DNA from: an uncultured Gammaproteobacteria bacterium
GTDB taxonomy: Bacteria > Pseudomonadota > Gammaproteobacteria > Chromatiales > Chromatiaceae
Assembly (NCBI GenBank): GCA_963845265.1
Contig: CAWJRN010000018.1
Span: 407,634 to 471,633 of the forward strand
DNA: 64,000 nt
Direction of reading: 5' to 3'
Within the stretch, counting starts at the first letter, position 1; each line of letters starts with the position of its first letter. A program made the position numbers and the translations under genes. A model generated the notes under the pieces. It had not been told where the DNA came from. It searched no databases and saw only the letters and a program-made list of their open reading frames with translations. Of this stretch, positions 33,627-43,041 are shown piece after piece.

Positions 33627-33769
33627 CCTAAGGGACTGTTCAGAAACAACTTGAATATCCCGTAGGGGGGATGAGCGCAGCGAAATCCACCGACGCCGCC
33701 GGTGGACTGTGCTGCGCTTGTCCACCCTACAAATCCGCTGTTTCGGTTGTTTCTGAATCGATCCTAAGG
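33627..33769. mobile_element. Nested MITE-like element: 12-bp terminal inverted repeats, 7-bp flanking direct repeat, REP hairpin inside
   Basis: CCTAAGG occurs at 33627-33633 and again at 33763-33769. The TIRs are TTCAGAAACAAC (33639-33650) and GTTGTTTCTGAA (33747-33758). The internal hairpin GTAGGGGGGATGAGCGCAGC...GCTGCGCTTGTCCACCCTAC spans 33662-33730. Confidence 0.55.
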
Positions 33770-33865
33770 CAATGGCCCATCGCCGTTCATTTGCGGGACT
33801 TGCGGCCGAATTGAAGAACCGACCTGCGACGCATATCGATCCTCGCGCTGGCGTCGGCGATGCTT

Positions 33866-34577
33866 CTACGGGAGGGCCGGGATCACCAGCTCGGAGCCCA
33901 GCCGCATGCCCTGAACCCCGCCACCCAGTTCTGAGGGGTTGGCGTCGCGGATCAGCGTCCATTTGCTCCCATCGCCGTAATACTGACGCGCCAGTTTGTA
34001 CAACGAATCGCCTTGCTCGACCCGGTGGCGCGCCAGCGGCGTTCCCGACACCTCGGGCGGCGAACTCGGGCGTTCGGCCGCTGGCCCCTGACCTGCCTCG
34101 GTGCTGGGGGTGCCCGCACCAGGGAGTTGGAGAACCTGACCGATTTGCAGCGACCTGGCCTCCAAGCCCGGATTCGCACCTGCGATCTCCTGCCAGCGCG
34201 AGGCCTTACCCAACTGCTGTAGCGCGATCGAAGCGGGGGTATCGCCAGCTTTGACCACATAGGTCCGGCCGGCCTGAGCGGCCATCGCCGGTTCAACCGT
34301 AGGACTTGCCGCCACCGGCACCTGGGATGCGGACGGCGCGGGTAAAGGCGTAGCGACGGGCACCTTTAAGCGTCGGGAGGGCGCTTTCGGTCCGCGCGAC
34401 CTCCGACGCCTCGGGGCCTGGCGACGCCGCAATGGCCTCACGCTCGTCGGCCGATTCCGGCGGTATCCCAGGTCCAGCCGAGTCATGGTTGGTTAGCACG
34501 ATAACGGCGGCCAAGGTGATACCGACGGCGGCGGCCACGAGGGTCAGCGGGGAGAGGATCTTCCTAAGTAAACGCAT
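33866..34577 (-). pseudogene. Secreted/anchored protein with two LysM domains, reading frame broken near 34355-34380
   Basis: Frame A (ATG 34577) gives MRLLRKILSPLTLVAAAVGITLAAVIVL..., a signal/anchor. Frame B gives ...YVVKAGDTPASIALQQLG...WQEIAGANP... and HRVEQGDSLYKLARQYYGDGSKWTLIRDANP (2x LysM). Confidence 0.6.
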
Positions 34578-34730
34578 GCTGAGCCTCTCGCACAATTGGG
34601 CTTGATGATGGTCAGTGGGGGGTGAGCGACGGAGACCCCAAACATGGCTTGGCTTCCGTCCGAGGTTCGCTCCCTCAACACCAACGAAGCCTATCGCGGG
34701 CACATCGACGACGCCAATCGCCAAACGCGA

Positions 34731-35282
34731 TTATCGGCTGCCCAGGCCGGATTTACCAAAAAACAAGGTGACCGAACCGATCTCAAGCCCCAACTTGCTG
34801 ATCTTGGCCCGGTTGATCATCACCCCATCGGGTTGCAGAAACATCCAATCGTCGAAGGCGACGCGCCAGGTGGACCCACCCACGGGCAGGTCCAGGGTAT
34901 AGGTCCAGTTGAGGGCATTGCCGGCGGCACGTCCCGTAGCCTCCCCGATCACGTCCGGCGCGGTGCCGATGTAGCCGCCCGGGCCATCCCGGCGGATGGT
35001 CCAGACTCGGGTGGCGAGTTCGCCGTCGTCGTAGCGAAAGGACTCGTCGAGGGTCAGGACGCCATCGGTGACGGACCCGCGGATGTCCACCTGGAACTGA
35101 CGCCGCACCTTCCCAAAACGGTCCTCGAACAGACCCCAGGCGCGGGTCTGGCCCTGGAAGTAGTCGAAGACGTCGAGCTTGGGGCTATGGTCCTTGAAGT
35201 CGTCTGGGGTCATGGTCTCGCATCCGGTCAGGGCAAACAGGGCAAGGGGCAGGGCGAGCAGGAGGCGTCTGGTTTTGGTCAT
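34731..35282 (-). CDS. DUF3833 lipocalin-like lipoprotein
   Basis: It has the lipobox LFALTGC, then LDVFDYFQGQTRAWGLFEDRFGKVRRQF...WTIRRDG... Confidence 0.75.
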   Translation of the reverse strand: MTKTRRLLLALPLALFALTGCETMTPDDFKDHSPKLDVFDYFQGQTRAWGLFEDRFGKVRRQFQVDIRGSVTDGVLTLDESFRYDDGELATRVWTIRRDGPGGYIGTAPDVIGEATGRAAGNALNWTYTLDLPVGGSTWRVAFDDWMFLQPDGVMINRAKISKLGLEIGSVTLFFGKSGLGSR

Positions 35283-35285
35283 GGT

Positions 35286-36640
35286 TCAGGTCTCGATAGC
35301 GGCCAGGTCGCGACGGTGGAGCCGGATGGCGACCGCCGCCTGGCGGGTCTTGGTGAGGGGCAGGCCGCGCATCAGGCCGACGGCGGTGAGCTTCAGGGCG
35401 CAGGGGATGAGGGCATAGGTCAGGGCCAGGGCCGTGATGGCGCCCGCCGGCACAGGCGTCTGACCCAGGCCCAGGGCGCCCAGGGCCGGGAGGGTCAGTC
35501 CGGCGGCCAGGGCCAGGGCCAGCTTGGTGGCCATGCCCCAGAGGGCGAAGAGTCCGGCGGTGCGGTTGCGCCGGAAGCGCAGCCGATCCCAGTCGGCCAC
35601 ATCGGCCTGGATGGCCGGGGGCAAGACCAGATCGGCCCCCAGGCAGAGCCCGGTGACCACACACACCAGGGCGAAGACCCCGGCATCCCCCGGCCCGAGC
35701 AGGGCGGCGACGGCAAAGGCGGGGCAGGTGATGGCCATGGCCATGGCCCAGGCGCGGTGCCGGGAGATGCGTCGGCTCAGGGCCAACCACAAGGGAATGC
35801 CCACCACGGCGCAGCCGAAATAGAGCGCGAGCAGGAGGTTGCGGGTCTGCTCGTCTACAGCCAGTACCTGGGCGCAATAGAGGGGGAAGAGGACCGCCGG
35901 GATGCCGTTCGCCAGCCCATTGAGGAACCAGGACCCGAGCAGACGTAGGAACAGCCGGTTGTCGGTGATGCCGCGCCAGCCGGACCCGGCCTGGGCCATG
36001 GGCTCGGGGGACGGGACCCAGCGCAGGAGGGCGTAGAAGGCCGGCACGCCGAGGGCGACTGCGAGCCAGCCGAGGGCCGCCAGACGCCCGGCCTCGTCTA
36101 GGGCCCAGGTCCCCGGCAGACCGCCGAGGACCGCCGGGAGGGAGGCGGACAACAGGATGCCGCCCAGGGTCCAACCCTCCCGGCTGGCGGCCAGGCGGGT
36201 GCGCTGGTGATAGTCGCCGGACAACCTCGCCCCCCAGGTCAGGTAGGGGATTTGCACCAGGGTCCAGCCGAGGTAGAGCAGGGCACTGCTGCCCAGGAGC
36301 CAGGCGCCCCCGGCCAGGGCGCTCATGCCCTGGGGGGAGAGAGCATCAGGACCAGGGCAGGCGCGCCGATCAGGGCGCCGAGGAGGACCAGGGCGGACAA
36401 CCAGCGTCCGCCGCGTCGATCTGCCAGGCGCCCCACCAATGGGTCGCTGATCAGGTCCAGGGCCCGGCCGGCGAAGAGCACGACCCCGGTCAGGGCGAGC
36501 CCCAGCCCGACGTGCTGGGCGTAGAAGGCGGGGACCAGGGTGAAGACCGGGATGGTGGGGATGGCGGTGACCAGGCCGGGCAGGCCGTACCACAGCAGGG
36601 TGCCACGGCCGAGCCCGTTTGCCCCAGCCTTAGCGGGCAT
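35286..36640 (-). pseudogene. MFS (GPH-type) transporter interrupted by a -1 frameshift at a C6 run
   Basis: The N-terminal 105 codons (MPAKAGANGLGRGTLLWYGLPG...DPLVGRLADR...) end at TGA 36323. The remainder (...GMSALAGGAWLLGSSALLYLGW...) continues in the next frame. One extra C in the run at 36332-36337 would restore a single ORF. Confidence 0.7.
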
Positions 36641-37934
36641 GACGCAGCCGATAGATGCCGACATCGATGGCCCCCGACTCGAACCCGGCCTCGCAGTAGC
36701 ACAGGTAGTACTCCCACAGGCGGCGGAAGTGCTCGTCGAAGCCGAGCGCGCGGATCTGGGGCCAGGCGGCCAGGAACTCGGCCCGCCACAGGGCCAGGGT
36801 GCGGGCATAGGAGGCGCCGAAGGTCTCGGCGTGGTCGATCGTCAACCCGGCCGCGCCGGCCTGCTCATGCAGCACCCGAGGGCACGGCAACATGCCGCCC
36901 GGGAAGATATGGCGCTGGATGAAGTCGGTGCGGGCCCGGTAGGCGGCAAAGCGGTCGTCGGCGATGGTGATGACCTGCACCACGGCGGCGGCGCCGGGCC
37001 CAAGGCGATCGCCCAGGGTGCGGAAATACCGCGGCCAGTGGTCCTCACCGACTGCCTCCAGCATCTCGATGGAGACCAGGGCGTCATAGTGGCCGGAGCT
37101 GTCGCGGTAGTCGGTCAGCTCCGCCCGCGCCTGGTCCGAGAGGCCCAGGCGCTGCATGCGGGCATTGGCATAGGCGAGTTGTTCGCGGCTCAGGGTGAGC
37201 CCCTGGACCCGAGCCCCCTGGGCGGCGGCGTGCTCCATGAACCCGCCCCAGCCGCACCCAATCTCCAGCACTCGGGCGCCTGGGCCGATACCCGCAAGCT
37301 CCCCGATGCGCCGGTACTTGGCCGCCTGGGCCTCTGCCAGGGGCTGGCCCTGGTGCTCGAACAGGGCTGAGGAATAGGTCATGCCCTCATCCAGCCAGTG
37401 GCCGTAGAAGGCATTGCCCAGGTCATAGTGGTAAGCGATGTTGCGGCGGCTGCCCTCACGGCTGTTCGCGCGCAGGCGGTGATAGGCGCGGTTGAGCCAG
37501 AGGGCGAGGGTCGCCCCGCGCAGCCCGCGCTCCAACGGGGCCTGGTTGCGCTCGGCCAGGCGCATGAGCGCAAGCAGGTCAGGGGTGTCCCATTGGCCAT
37601 CCACATAGCCCTCGGCGAGACCGATGTCGCCGCCGAAGATCAGCCGACGTAGGGCCGCCGGCGTGTGGACGCGTAGCTGCGCCTCCGGACCGGGGCCCGT
37701 CCCGCCGAGCTGGTGGATATCGCCATTGGGCAGTGTCAGGGTCAGGCGTCCGACACTCAGGGAGGCCCCGAGGCGCAGGACGGCGGCGGTTAGGGCCCGC
37801 TGGCCCAATCGCGTGGCCCAATCCGCGGCGGAACTCAGGGGGCGCGGGCTAGGGCGGGGGTCCTGGGCGAGGTCGGCGGACAGGTCGGCCGTCAGCTCGC
37901 CGGCCCCTGAGGTACAGCCTTGATCGGTGCTCAT
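36630..37934 (-). CDS. Cyclopropane-fatty-acyl-phospholipid-synthase-family SAM methyltransferase
   Basis: It has AYHYDLGNAFY, the SAM motif RVLEIGCGWGG and the C-terminal FRRLWEYYLCYCEAGF. Confidence 0.9.
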   Translation of the reverse strand: MSTDQGCTSGAGELTADLSADLAQDPRPSPRPLSSAADWATRLGQRALTAAVLRLGASLSVGRLTLTLPNGDIHQLGGTGPGPEAQLRVHTPAALRRLIFGGDIGLAEGYVDGQWDTPDLLALMRLAERNQAPLERGLRGATLALWLNRAYHRLRANSREGSRRNIAYHYDLGNAFYGHWLDEGMTYSSALFEHQGQPLAEAQAAKYRRIGELAGIGPGARVLEIGCGWGGFMEHAAAQGARVQGLTLSREQLAYANARMQRLGLSDQARAELTDYRDSSGHYDALVSIEMLEAVGEDHWPRYFRTLGDRLGPGAAAVVQVITIADDRFAAYRARTDFIQRHIFPGGMLPCPRVLHEQAGAAGLTIDHAETFGASYARTLALWRAEFLAAWPQIRALGFDEHFRRLWEYYLCYCEAGFESGAIDVGIYRLRHAR

Positions 37935-38719
37935 GGGTTCATTCCTCTCGGGTCAGGGGTCACCAGGCTGACCCCAGGCTCCGGGGTCGGGTCGTGGCTA
38001 AACAGGGGTACGCCCTTACGCCAAAGCTTGAGGGCCTCCCAATGGATACCAGCCAGGACCTTGAGGGTCAGCAGCGGGATGGACAGGGCGGCCCGCAACA
38101 GGGCTGCATCGGTCAGGGGGCGGCGCTCGCCGGTAAACCAGGCGTCGAGCATGGGCTCGCCCGCATGAGTCTCGTGGATCGCCAGGCTCAGGCGCTCCCC
38201 GGGGGTGCGCACCCGAAACTCATAGGTGCAGTCCATGGGCAGGAAGGGGGAGACATAAAAGGCCTTGCGGGCGGTCTGGCGGATGCGTGGGCCGTCTTCC
38301 ACCACCGGGATGACGTAGGTGTGCCGCTCCCCAAAGGTATTGTTGACCTCGTAGACCAGGGCGCGCAGGGCCCCGTCAGGGCGGTGGCAGTAATAGACGC
38401 TCAGGGGGTTGAAGACGAAGCCCAGCACCCGGGGATAACAGAGCAACCGGACGGGACCATCGGCGTCCTGCACGCCGGCTTGGCCCAGCAGCTTGCGCAC
38501 ATGGGGCGCCAGGGGCGAGCCGTCTCCGGGTCCGTGATCCCGGTCGAGGAATGAGAAGAGCCCGCGGCCATTGTGGGCGAACAGCCGTAGTCGTCTGCTC
38601 AGGTCCGGTAGCTCGTCCAGGTCAAGCAGCAGGGAAAAGACGCGATAGTCCAGGCGATGCACCCGGGGGCGATGACGCTGATGGCCGACCCGTCCGACAT
38701 AGAGCGCCGAGCCGGTCAT
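37931..38719 (-). CDS. DUF1365-family protein
   Basis: SALYVGRVGHQRHRPRVHRLDYRVFSLLLDLDEL is a typical DUF1365 N-terminus. Its start overlaps the stop of the oxidoreductase gene. Confidence 0.85.
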   Translation of the reverse strand: MTGSALYVGRVGHQRHRPRVHRLDYRVFSLLLDLDELPDLSRRLRLFAHNGRGLFSFLDRDHGPGDGSPLAPHVRKLLGQAGVQDADGPVRLLCYPRVLGFVFNPLSVYYCHRPDGALRALVYEVNNTFGERHTYVIPVVEDGPRIRQTARKAFYVSPFLPMDCTYEFRVRTPGERLSLAIHETHAGEPMLDAWFTGERRPLTDAALLRAALSIPLLTLKVLAGIHWEALKLWRKGVPLFSHDPTPEPGVSLVTPDPRGMNP

Positions 38720-40104
38720 GCCGCCTCCGCGCCCAGGGGCCTGATCTGTGACGGCGTGGGCGCCCCGCGGGCGAGCTCCGAGTGGCAATGGATGCGCCCA
38801 TTGGGCTCGGCCACCTGCCAGGGGCGGGCGACGCCGCCCAGCTGCTCCGCCACCGCCAGCCCCGCCTGGAGTCCGTCCTCATGGAAGCCATGTCCGAAGT
38901 AGGACCCGCAGAACCAGGTCCGCCGCGCCCCCTGGAGGTTCCACAGCAGCCCCTGGGCTCGGATGGCGTCTCGGTCGTAGACCGGGTGCTGATAGAGGAA
39001 GCTGCGGTGGATAGTCCCCTGGGCCGGGCGCTCGGTGGGATTGAGGGTGACGAACAGCGGCAGGTCGCCCGGTAGGTGCTGGAGCCGGTTCATCCAATAG
39101 CTGACGCAGACTCGCTGCTCGTCGCCCCGACCCGAGCTGAGGAAGTTCCAGGCCGCCCAGGCACGTCGGGCGCGGGGCATGAGACTAGGGTCCGAGTGCA
39201 GCACCGCCAGGTTGCGCTCATAGCGGAAGGTACCCAGGAGGCGGCGCTCCGCCGGGTCGGCATCGGCCAATAGCTCCAGGGCCTGGTCGGCATGGCTTGC
39301 GATCACCACGTCGTCGTAGTCCCGGGCGCCGCCCTGGCGATCCTCGATGCGCACCCCCTGGCGTCCGCGGTAGATGGCGGTGACCGCGGTATTGAGCTGA
39401 ATTCGGTCGGCAAAGGGCTCCGTGAGACGTTCTACATACGCACGACTACCGCCGACCACGGTGCGCCATTGGGGTCTCTCGCTCAGGGACAGGAGTCCGT
39501 GGTTGTCGCAGAAGCGCACGAAGGCGGCGAGGGGGTAGTCGAGCATCTCCTGCGCCGGGGTCGACCAGATGGCCGCGCCCATGGGCAAGAGGTGATCGCG
39601 CACGAAGGGCTCGCCGTAGCCGTGCGCGCTCAGATAGGCGCCCAGGGTCAGGTCCGTGGCGCCCGGGTCGTCCAGGGCCTTGGGGGCCTCGCGATAAAAT
39701 CGCAGCAGATCGCCCAGTAGGCGCCACATGCGCGGGCGCAGGGCGTTCACCGGCTGGGCCAGCAGGCCGCTCAGGCCCTCCCCCGAGTACTCGAAGCGCC
39801 CACCGTCCAGGGAGGCGGCGAAGGACATCTCCGTGGGCCTGGTAGCCACCCCCAGGTGATCGAACAGAGCCACCAGGTTAGGGTAGTTACGGTCGTTGTA
39901 AACGATGAACCCCGTATCCACATTGACCGGACCGGCCGGGCCGTCCAAGGTCACTGTATTGGTGTGGCCGCCGATGCGGTCGTCTTTCTCGTAGACCGTT
40001 ACCCGATGGTGCTGGGATAGTAGCCAGGCGGCCGCCATGCCCGATATGCCAGTCCCGATCACCGCGATGTTGCGAGGGGATTGATCTGTGCCGTAATTGT
40101 TCAT
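38716..40104 (-). CDS. NAD(P)/FAD-dependent oxidoreductase (amine-oxidase/desaturase fold)
   Basis: The start is ATG 40104. It has NIAVIGTGISGMAAAWLL...VTVYEKDDRIGGHTNT. Confidence 0.85.
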   Translation of the reverse strand: MNNYGTDQSPRNIAVIGTGISGMAAAWLLSQHHRVTVYEKDDRIGGHTNTVTLDGPAGPVNVDTGFIVYNDRNYPNLVALFDHLGVATRPTEMSFAASLDGGRFEYSGEGLSGLLAQPVNALRPRMWRLLGDLLRFYREAPKALDDPGATDLTLGAYLSAHGYGEPFVRDHLLPMGAAIWSTPAQEMLDYPLAAFVRFCDNHGLLSLSERPQWRTVVGGSRAYVERLTEPFADRIQLNTAVTAIYRGRQGVRIEDRQGGARDYDDVVIASHADQALELLADADPAERRLLGTFRYERNLAVLHSDPSLMPRARRAWAAWNFLSSGRGDEQRVCVSYWMNRLQHLPGDLPLFVTLNPTERPAQGTIHRSFLYQHPVYDRDAIRAQGLLWNLQGARRTWFCGSYFGHGFHEDGLQAGLAVAEQLGGVARPWQVAEPNGRIHCHSELARGAPTPSQIRPLGAEAA

Positions 40105-40137
40105 CGCCGCCGTCTCCGTTGCTCTGGGTTTGCCAGA

Positions 40138-40165
40138 GTTACGAAGTCCAGGGCGGTTTGGATCA
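40138..40165 (-). promoter_or_regulatory. ChrR-type sigma-E promoter for the oxidoreductase-DUF1365-CFA operon
   Basis: The minus strand reads GGTGATCCAAAC...N16...CGTAAC (TGATCC = 40160-40165, CGTA = 40140-40143). It lies about 35 nt upstream of ATG 40104. Confidence 0.6.
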
Positions 40166-40303
40166 CCGGGGCGCAGGAGGGGGTGCCGGTCACGTGAACC
40201 TGGCGGCTGACTCCAAGGCAGGTAGGGTCGACACGCCCTTTGTGCCCACGCGGAGCTACGCCGAACAAAAGGGGCAGCGCTGGACGAAACGACGGGGCAG
40301 TGG

Positions 40304-40329
40304 TGATCCAAACGGATCCCGGGTGCGTA
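40304..40329 (+). promoter_or_regulatory. ChrR-type sigma-E autoregulatory promoter
   Basis: GGTGATCCAAAC (TGATCC 40304-40309), a 16-nt spacer, then CGTA (40326-40329). It lies 27 nt upstream of ATG 40357. Confidence 0.6.
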
Positions 40330-40356
40330 TCTCATGCAAGTAGCGGAGGGTTTCGG

Positions 40357-40956
40357 ATGACGCAGGTCGCCATCACGCACGAGGCGCACACAGGCGCGGC
40401 GCCCACTCCGCCCCCAGCGGAGCTGGCGGACTGGCTCGGGGCGGTGGCCCAGCGCCAGGACCGAGTCGCCTTTGCGGGCCTGTTCCAATGGTTCGCCCCG
40501 CGGATCAAGCGCTACATGGAACGCCTCGGCGCAGACCATGCCCAAGCCGACGATTTGGCCCAGGAGACCCTGGTCCAGGTGTGGCGCAAGGCGGGGCAGT
40601 ACGACCCCGCCAGGGCCGGCCCATCAGCCTGGGTCTTCACCGTGGCCCGCAACCTGCGCATCGACAAGCTGCGTCGGCAGCGTTTCTTCGAGGTCGAGTT
40701 GACCGAGGCGGCCGAGACGGAGGACGAACGGGGGGAGGGCCACCAGCGCACCCTGGAGGGACTCGATGCTGCCCGCCTCTCGGCCTTAATCGCAGACCTG
40801 CCTAGGGACCAGGTGCAGGTCGTCCAATTGGCCTATTTTGAGGGCCTGAGCCACGCCGAAGTGGCCAACGCCCTGGTGGTCCCGCTGGGGACCGTCAAAT
40901 CGCGCCTGCGGCTGGCGCTGACCAAGCTGCGAGGTGCTATGGGGGTACAGTCATGA
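40357..40956 (+). CDS. rpoE: ECF sigma factor (RpoE of the ChrR-associated group)
   Basis: Region 2 reads DDLAQETLVQVWRKAGQYDP...AWVFTVARN. Region 4 reads EGLSHAEVANALVVPLGTVKSRL. The start is moved to ATG 40357. Confidence 0.88.
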   Translation: MTQVAITHEAHTGAAPTPPPAELADWLGAVAQRQDRVAFAGLFQWFAPRIKRYMERLGADHAQADDLAQETLVQVWRKAGQYDPARAGPSAWVFTVARNLRIDKLRRQRFFEVELTEAAETEDERGEGHQRTLEGLDAARLSALIADLPRDQVQVVQLAYFEGLSHAEVANALVVPLGTVKSRLRLALTKLRGAMGVQS

Positions 40957-41615
40957 ACATTCGCCATCACCCAGACGATGCCAGTCTGATCGCCTACGCG
41001 GCGGGGTCCACGACCGAGGGTCTGGCGCTGGTCGTGGCGGCCCATCTCGAGCTGTGCCCCCAATGCCGGGCGCGGGTTCGCGAGGCGCAGGACCTGGGTG
41101 GCTGCCTGCTCGACGGCCTCGACGCAGCGCCCCTGGACGACGGGGCCCTGGCCGCGACCCTGGCGCGCATCGATGCGATGACCGGTACCGAATTGGAACC
41201 AAGCCCGGCGCTGCGACCCCGAACCGTCGCTGGCCTACCCGCCACCCTGAGCTCCTGGTTGCCTGCCGGCTTGGATCGGGTGCCCTGGCGCACCCTGGTC
41301 CCCGGCATCCGGCACTTCCGCTTCCCGGGCCTGGACAACGGGAATGGGACCGTGCGCCTGCTGGCCATAGCCCCGGGTACCGCGCTGCCCCACCACGGCC
41401 ATGGCGGCAGCGAGCTGACCCTGGTGTTGCGCGGGTCCTTTGCCGACGAGATCGGGCGGTTCCAGGCCGGGGATTTCGCAGACCTGGACCCGTCTATACA
41501 GCACCAACCCGTGGCCGACACCGACACCCCCTGCATCTGTCTGATCGCCACCGACGCGCGGCTGCGTTTCACCGGGGTGATGGGGCGACTCTTCCAACCC
41601 CTGGTTGGGATCTGA
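40953..41615 (+). CDS. chrR: Anti-sigma-E factor ChrR (zinc anti-sigma domain + cupin)
   Basis: It has H-x3-C-x2-C (AAHLELCPQCRARV) and a C-terminal cupin (LPHHGHGGSELTLVLRGSF). It overlaps the sigma gene stop. Confidence 0.88.
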   Translation: MNIRHHPDDASLIAYAAGSTTEGLALVVAAHLELCPQCRARVREAQDLGGCLLDGLDAAPLDDGALAATLARIDAMTGTELEPSPALRPRTVAGLPATLSSWLPAGLDRVPWRTLVPGIRHFRFPGLDNGNGTVRLLAIAPGTALPHHGHGGSELTLVLRGSFADEIGRFQAGDFADLDPSIQHQPVADTDTPCICLIATDARLRFTGVMGRLFQPLVGI

Positions 41616-41623
41616 TGCCTAAG

Positions 41624-41673
41624 AAGCAAAGCGCTGATCAAAGCCTCCCCCGGCTTTGATCAGCGCTTTGCTT
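41624..41673. terminator. Perfect 22-bp stem hairpin downstream of chrR
   Basis: AAGCAAAGCGCTGATCAAAGCC-tccccc-GGCTTTGATCAGCGCTTTGCTT. There is no clear U-tract, so it may be a bidirectional terminator or a REP-like element. Confidence 0.5.
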
Positions 41674-41872
41674 CGGTGTCGTCGCGGTGACGCGTCGGCA
41701 GGTACCGCTCGCGGCAAGCGTCGACCCGGACCTGACGTCCGTCCCTCGAATCTCAACCGCAGCAGTCCAGTGGACAGCAGACGTTGGCCGCAGCGCGGCA
41801 GGATTACCCTGCTATGTTGCACATCAAAATAGCTGTCTACGACCTGTTTTTCGAGAGGAGCGACGGGCAGGG

Positions 41873-42775
41873 CTACCGCATCGTTGCCAGTAGTCTGGGC
41901 ATGGCAGGAAGCAGGCGCACGAAGGCCTTAGTGATTTCCGGATCGAACTGGGCACCGGCACCCTTCATGAACTCCATGCGTATGAATTCCTGGTAAAGGG
42001 GCTTGCGGTAGGGCCGTGGCGACGCCATGGCGTAGTAGGCGTCGGCCACATGGATGATGCGCGCCTCCACTGCGATGGCCTGGCCCGCCAGCCCGTGCGG
42101 GTAGCCCCGTCCGTCGAACCGTTCGTGGTGCTGGCGCACCATCGGCAGCACGTCGGCCAGGAAGTCCAGGGGTGCAAGGATCGCTGCGCTGTCGCTGGGA
42201 TGCATGCGGATCAGATTGAACTCCGCGTCGTCTAGCTGGCCTGTTTTGCGCAGTACCGCATCTGGTACGCCGATCAAACCGATGTCGTGAAGTCTCCCTG
42301 CGATGCCGACCTGTTCCGCGGCGGCGGGTGAAAAGCCCAGTTCTACCGCGAGCCGCTGCGCGACGCGGGCGACCGCTCCAGAGCGTTTGCCGGAGTATGG
42401 GTCCTTTTTGTCCACAGCTTCCGCCAGGGACGTCAGCGCATCCAGGTTCAGCTTCTTCCGGTAGCCCGTGTCCAGGTCGGCAGTTATCGCAAAGCGAAAT
42501 ACCGTCTTGCCGAACGCCACCAGATCCCCGTGCGTCAGACGTGCATTGGTGACTCGGTTGCGATTGATGAAGGTGCCGTTGGTGCTGCCCAAGTCCTGCA
42601 CGTAGTAGCGATTGTGTACGGCTAGGATGCGGGCATGGCGGCGGGACACCTTGGGATCGTGGATTTGGCAGTCCAGGTCGCTTGCACGGCCAACAACCCA
42701 CTGTGGCGAATCCAGCGGCTCCGGCGCGCCATCTCCTGCTAGGGGAACCAGGTACGCCTTGCGTTTGAGTTCCAT
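41873..42775 (-). CDS. FHA domain / HD-GYP phosphodiesterase fusion protein
   Basis: The N-terminal FHA reads WVVGRASDLDCQIHDPKVSRRHARI...GSTNGTFINRNRV. The C-terminal HD-GYP reads RLHDIGLIGVP...HHERFDGRGYPHGL. The start could be ATG 42775 or ATG 42844. Confidence 0.8.
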   Translation of the reverse strand: MELKRKAYLVPLAGDGAPEPLDSPQWVVGRASDLDCQIHDPKVSRRHARILAVHNRYYVQDLGSTNGTFINRNRVTNARLTHGDLVAFGKTVFRFAITADLDTGYRKKLNLDALTSLAEAVDKKDPYSGKRSGAVARVAQRLAVELGFSPAAAEQVGIAGRLHDIGLIGVPDAVLRKTGQLDDAEFNLIRMHPSDSAAILAPLDFLADVLPMVRQHHERFDGRGYPHGLAGQAIAVEARIIHVADAYYAMASPRPYRKPLYQEFIRMEFMKGAGAQFDPEITKAFVRLLPAMPRLLATMR

Positions 42776-43041
42776 CACCCCGCCGGGTTCGGATGCGAGA
42801 CGTCCTATCGTTCTAAATTTGGATGAGCCCATGAGCAGCTTCACCGAGACAAGGGATATTCACCGTCCCGCGACGAGATTGCGCGGACGATAGCCTGGAA
42901 CCTGGAAGCGGGGGCGAGCAAGCCCGGCCGAGGGGCCGGTTGAGGCGCTATGTGGCGCTTGCTTGTTGACGATACGCTGGCTTGGGTCCGCCTCGGCGAT
43001 GAAGTCGACGATGCGCGTGTCGGCGCCGCGTTTGGGACAGG

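Noticed and set aside
34644-36174. 434-aa plus-strand and 329-aa minus-strand ORFs overlapping the DUF3833 and MFS genes
   Set aside because: These are alternative frames of the same GC-rich DNA with Arg/Pro/Gly-rich products. The lipoprotein and transporter frames show hydrophobic-helix periodicity and a lipobox.
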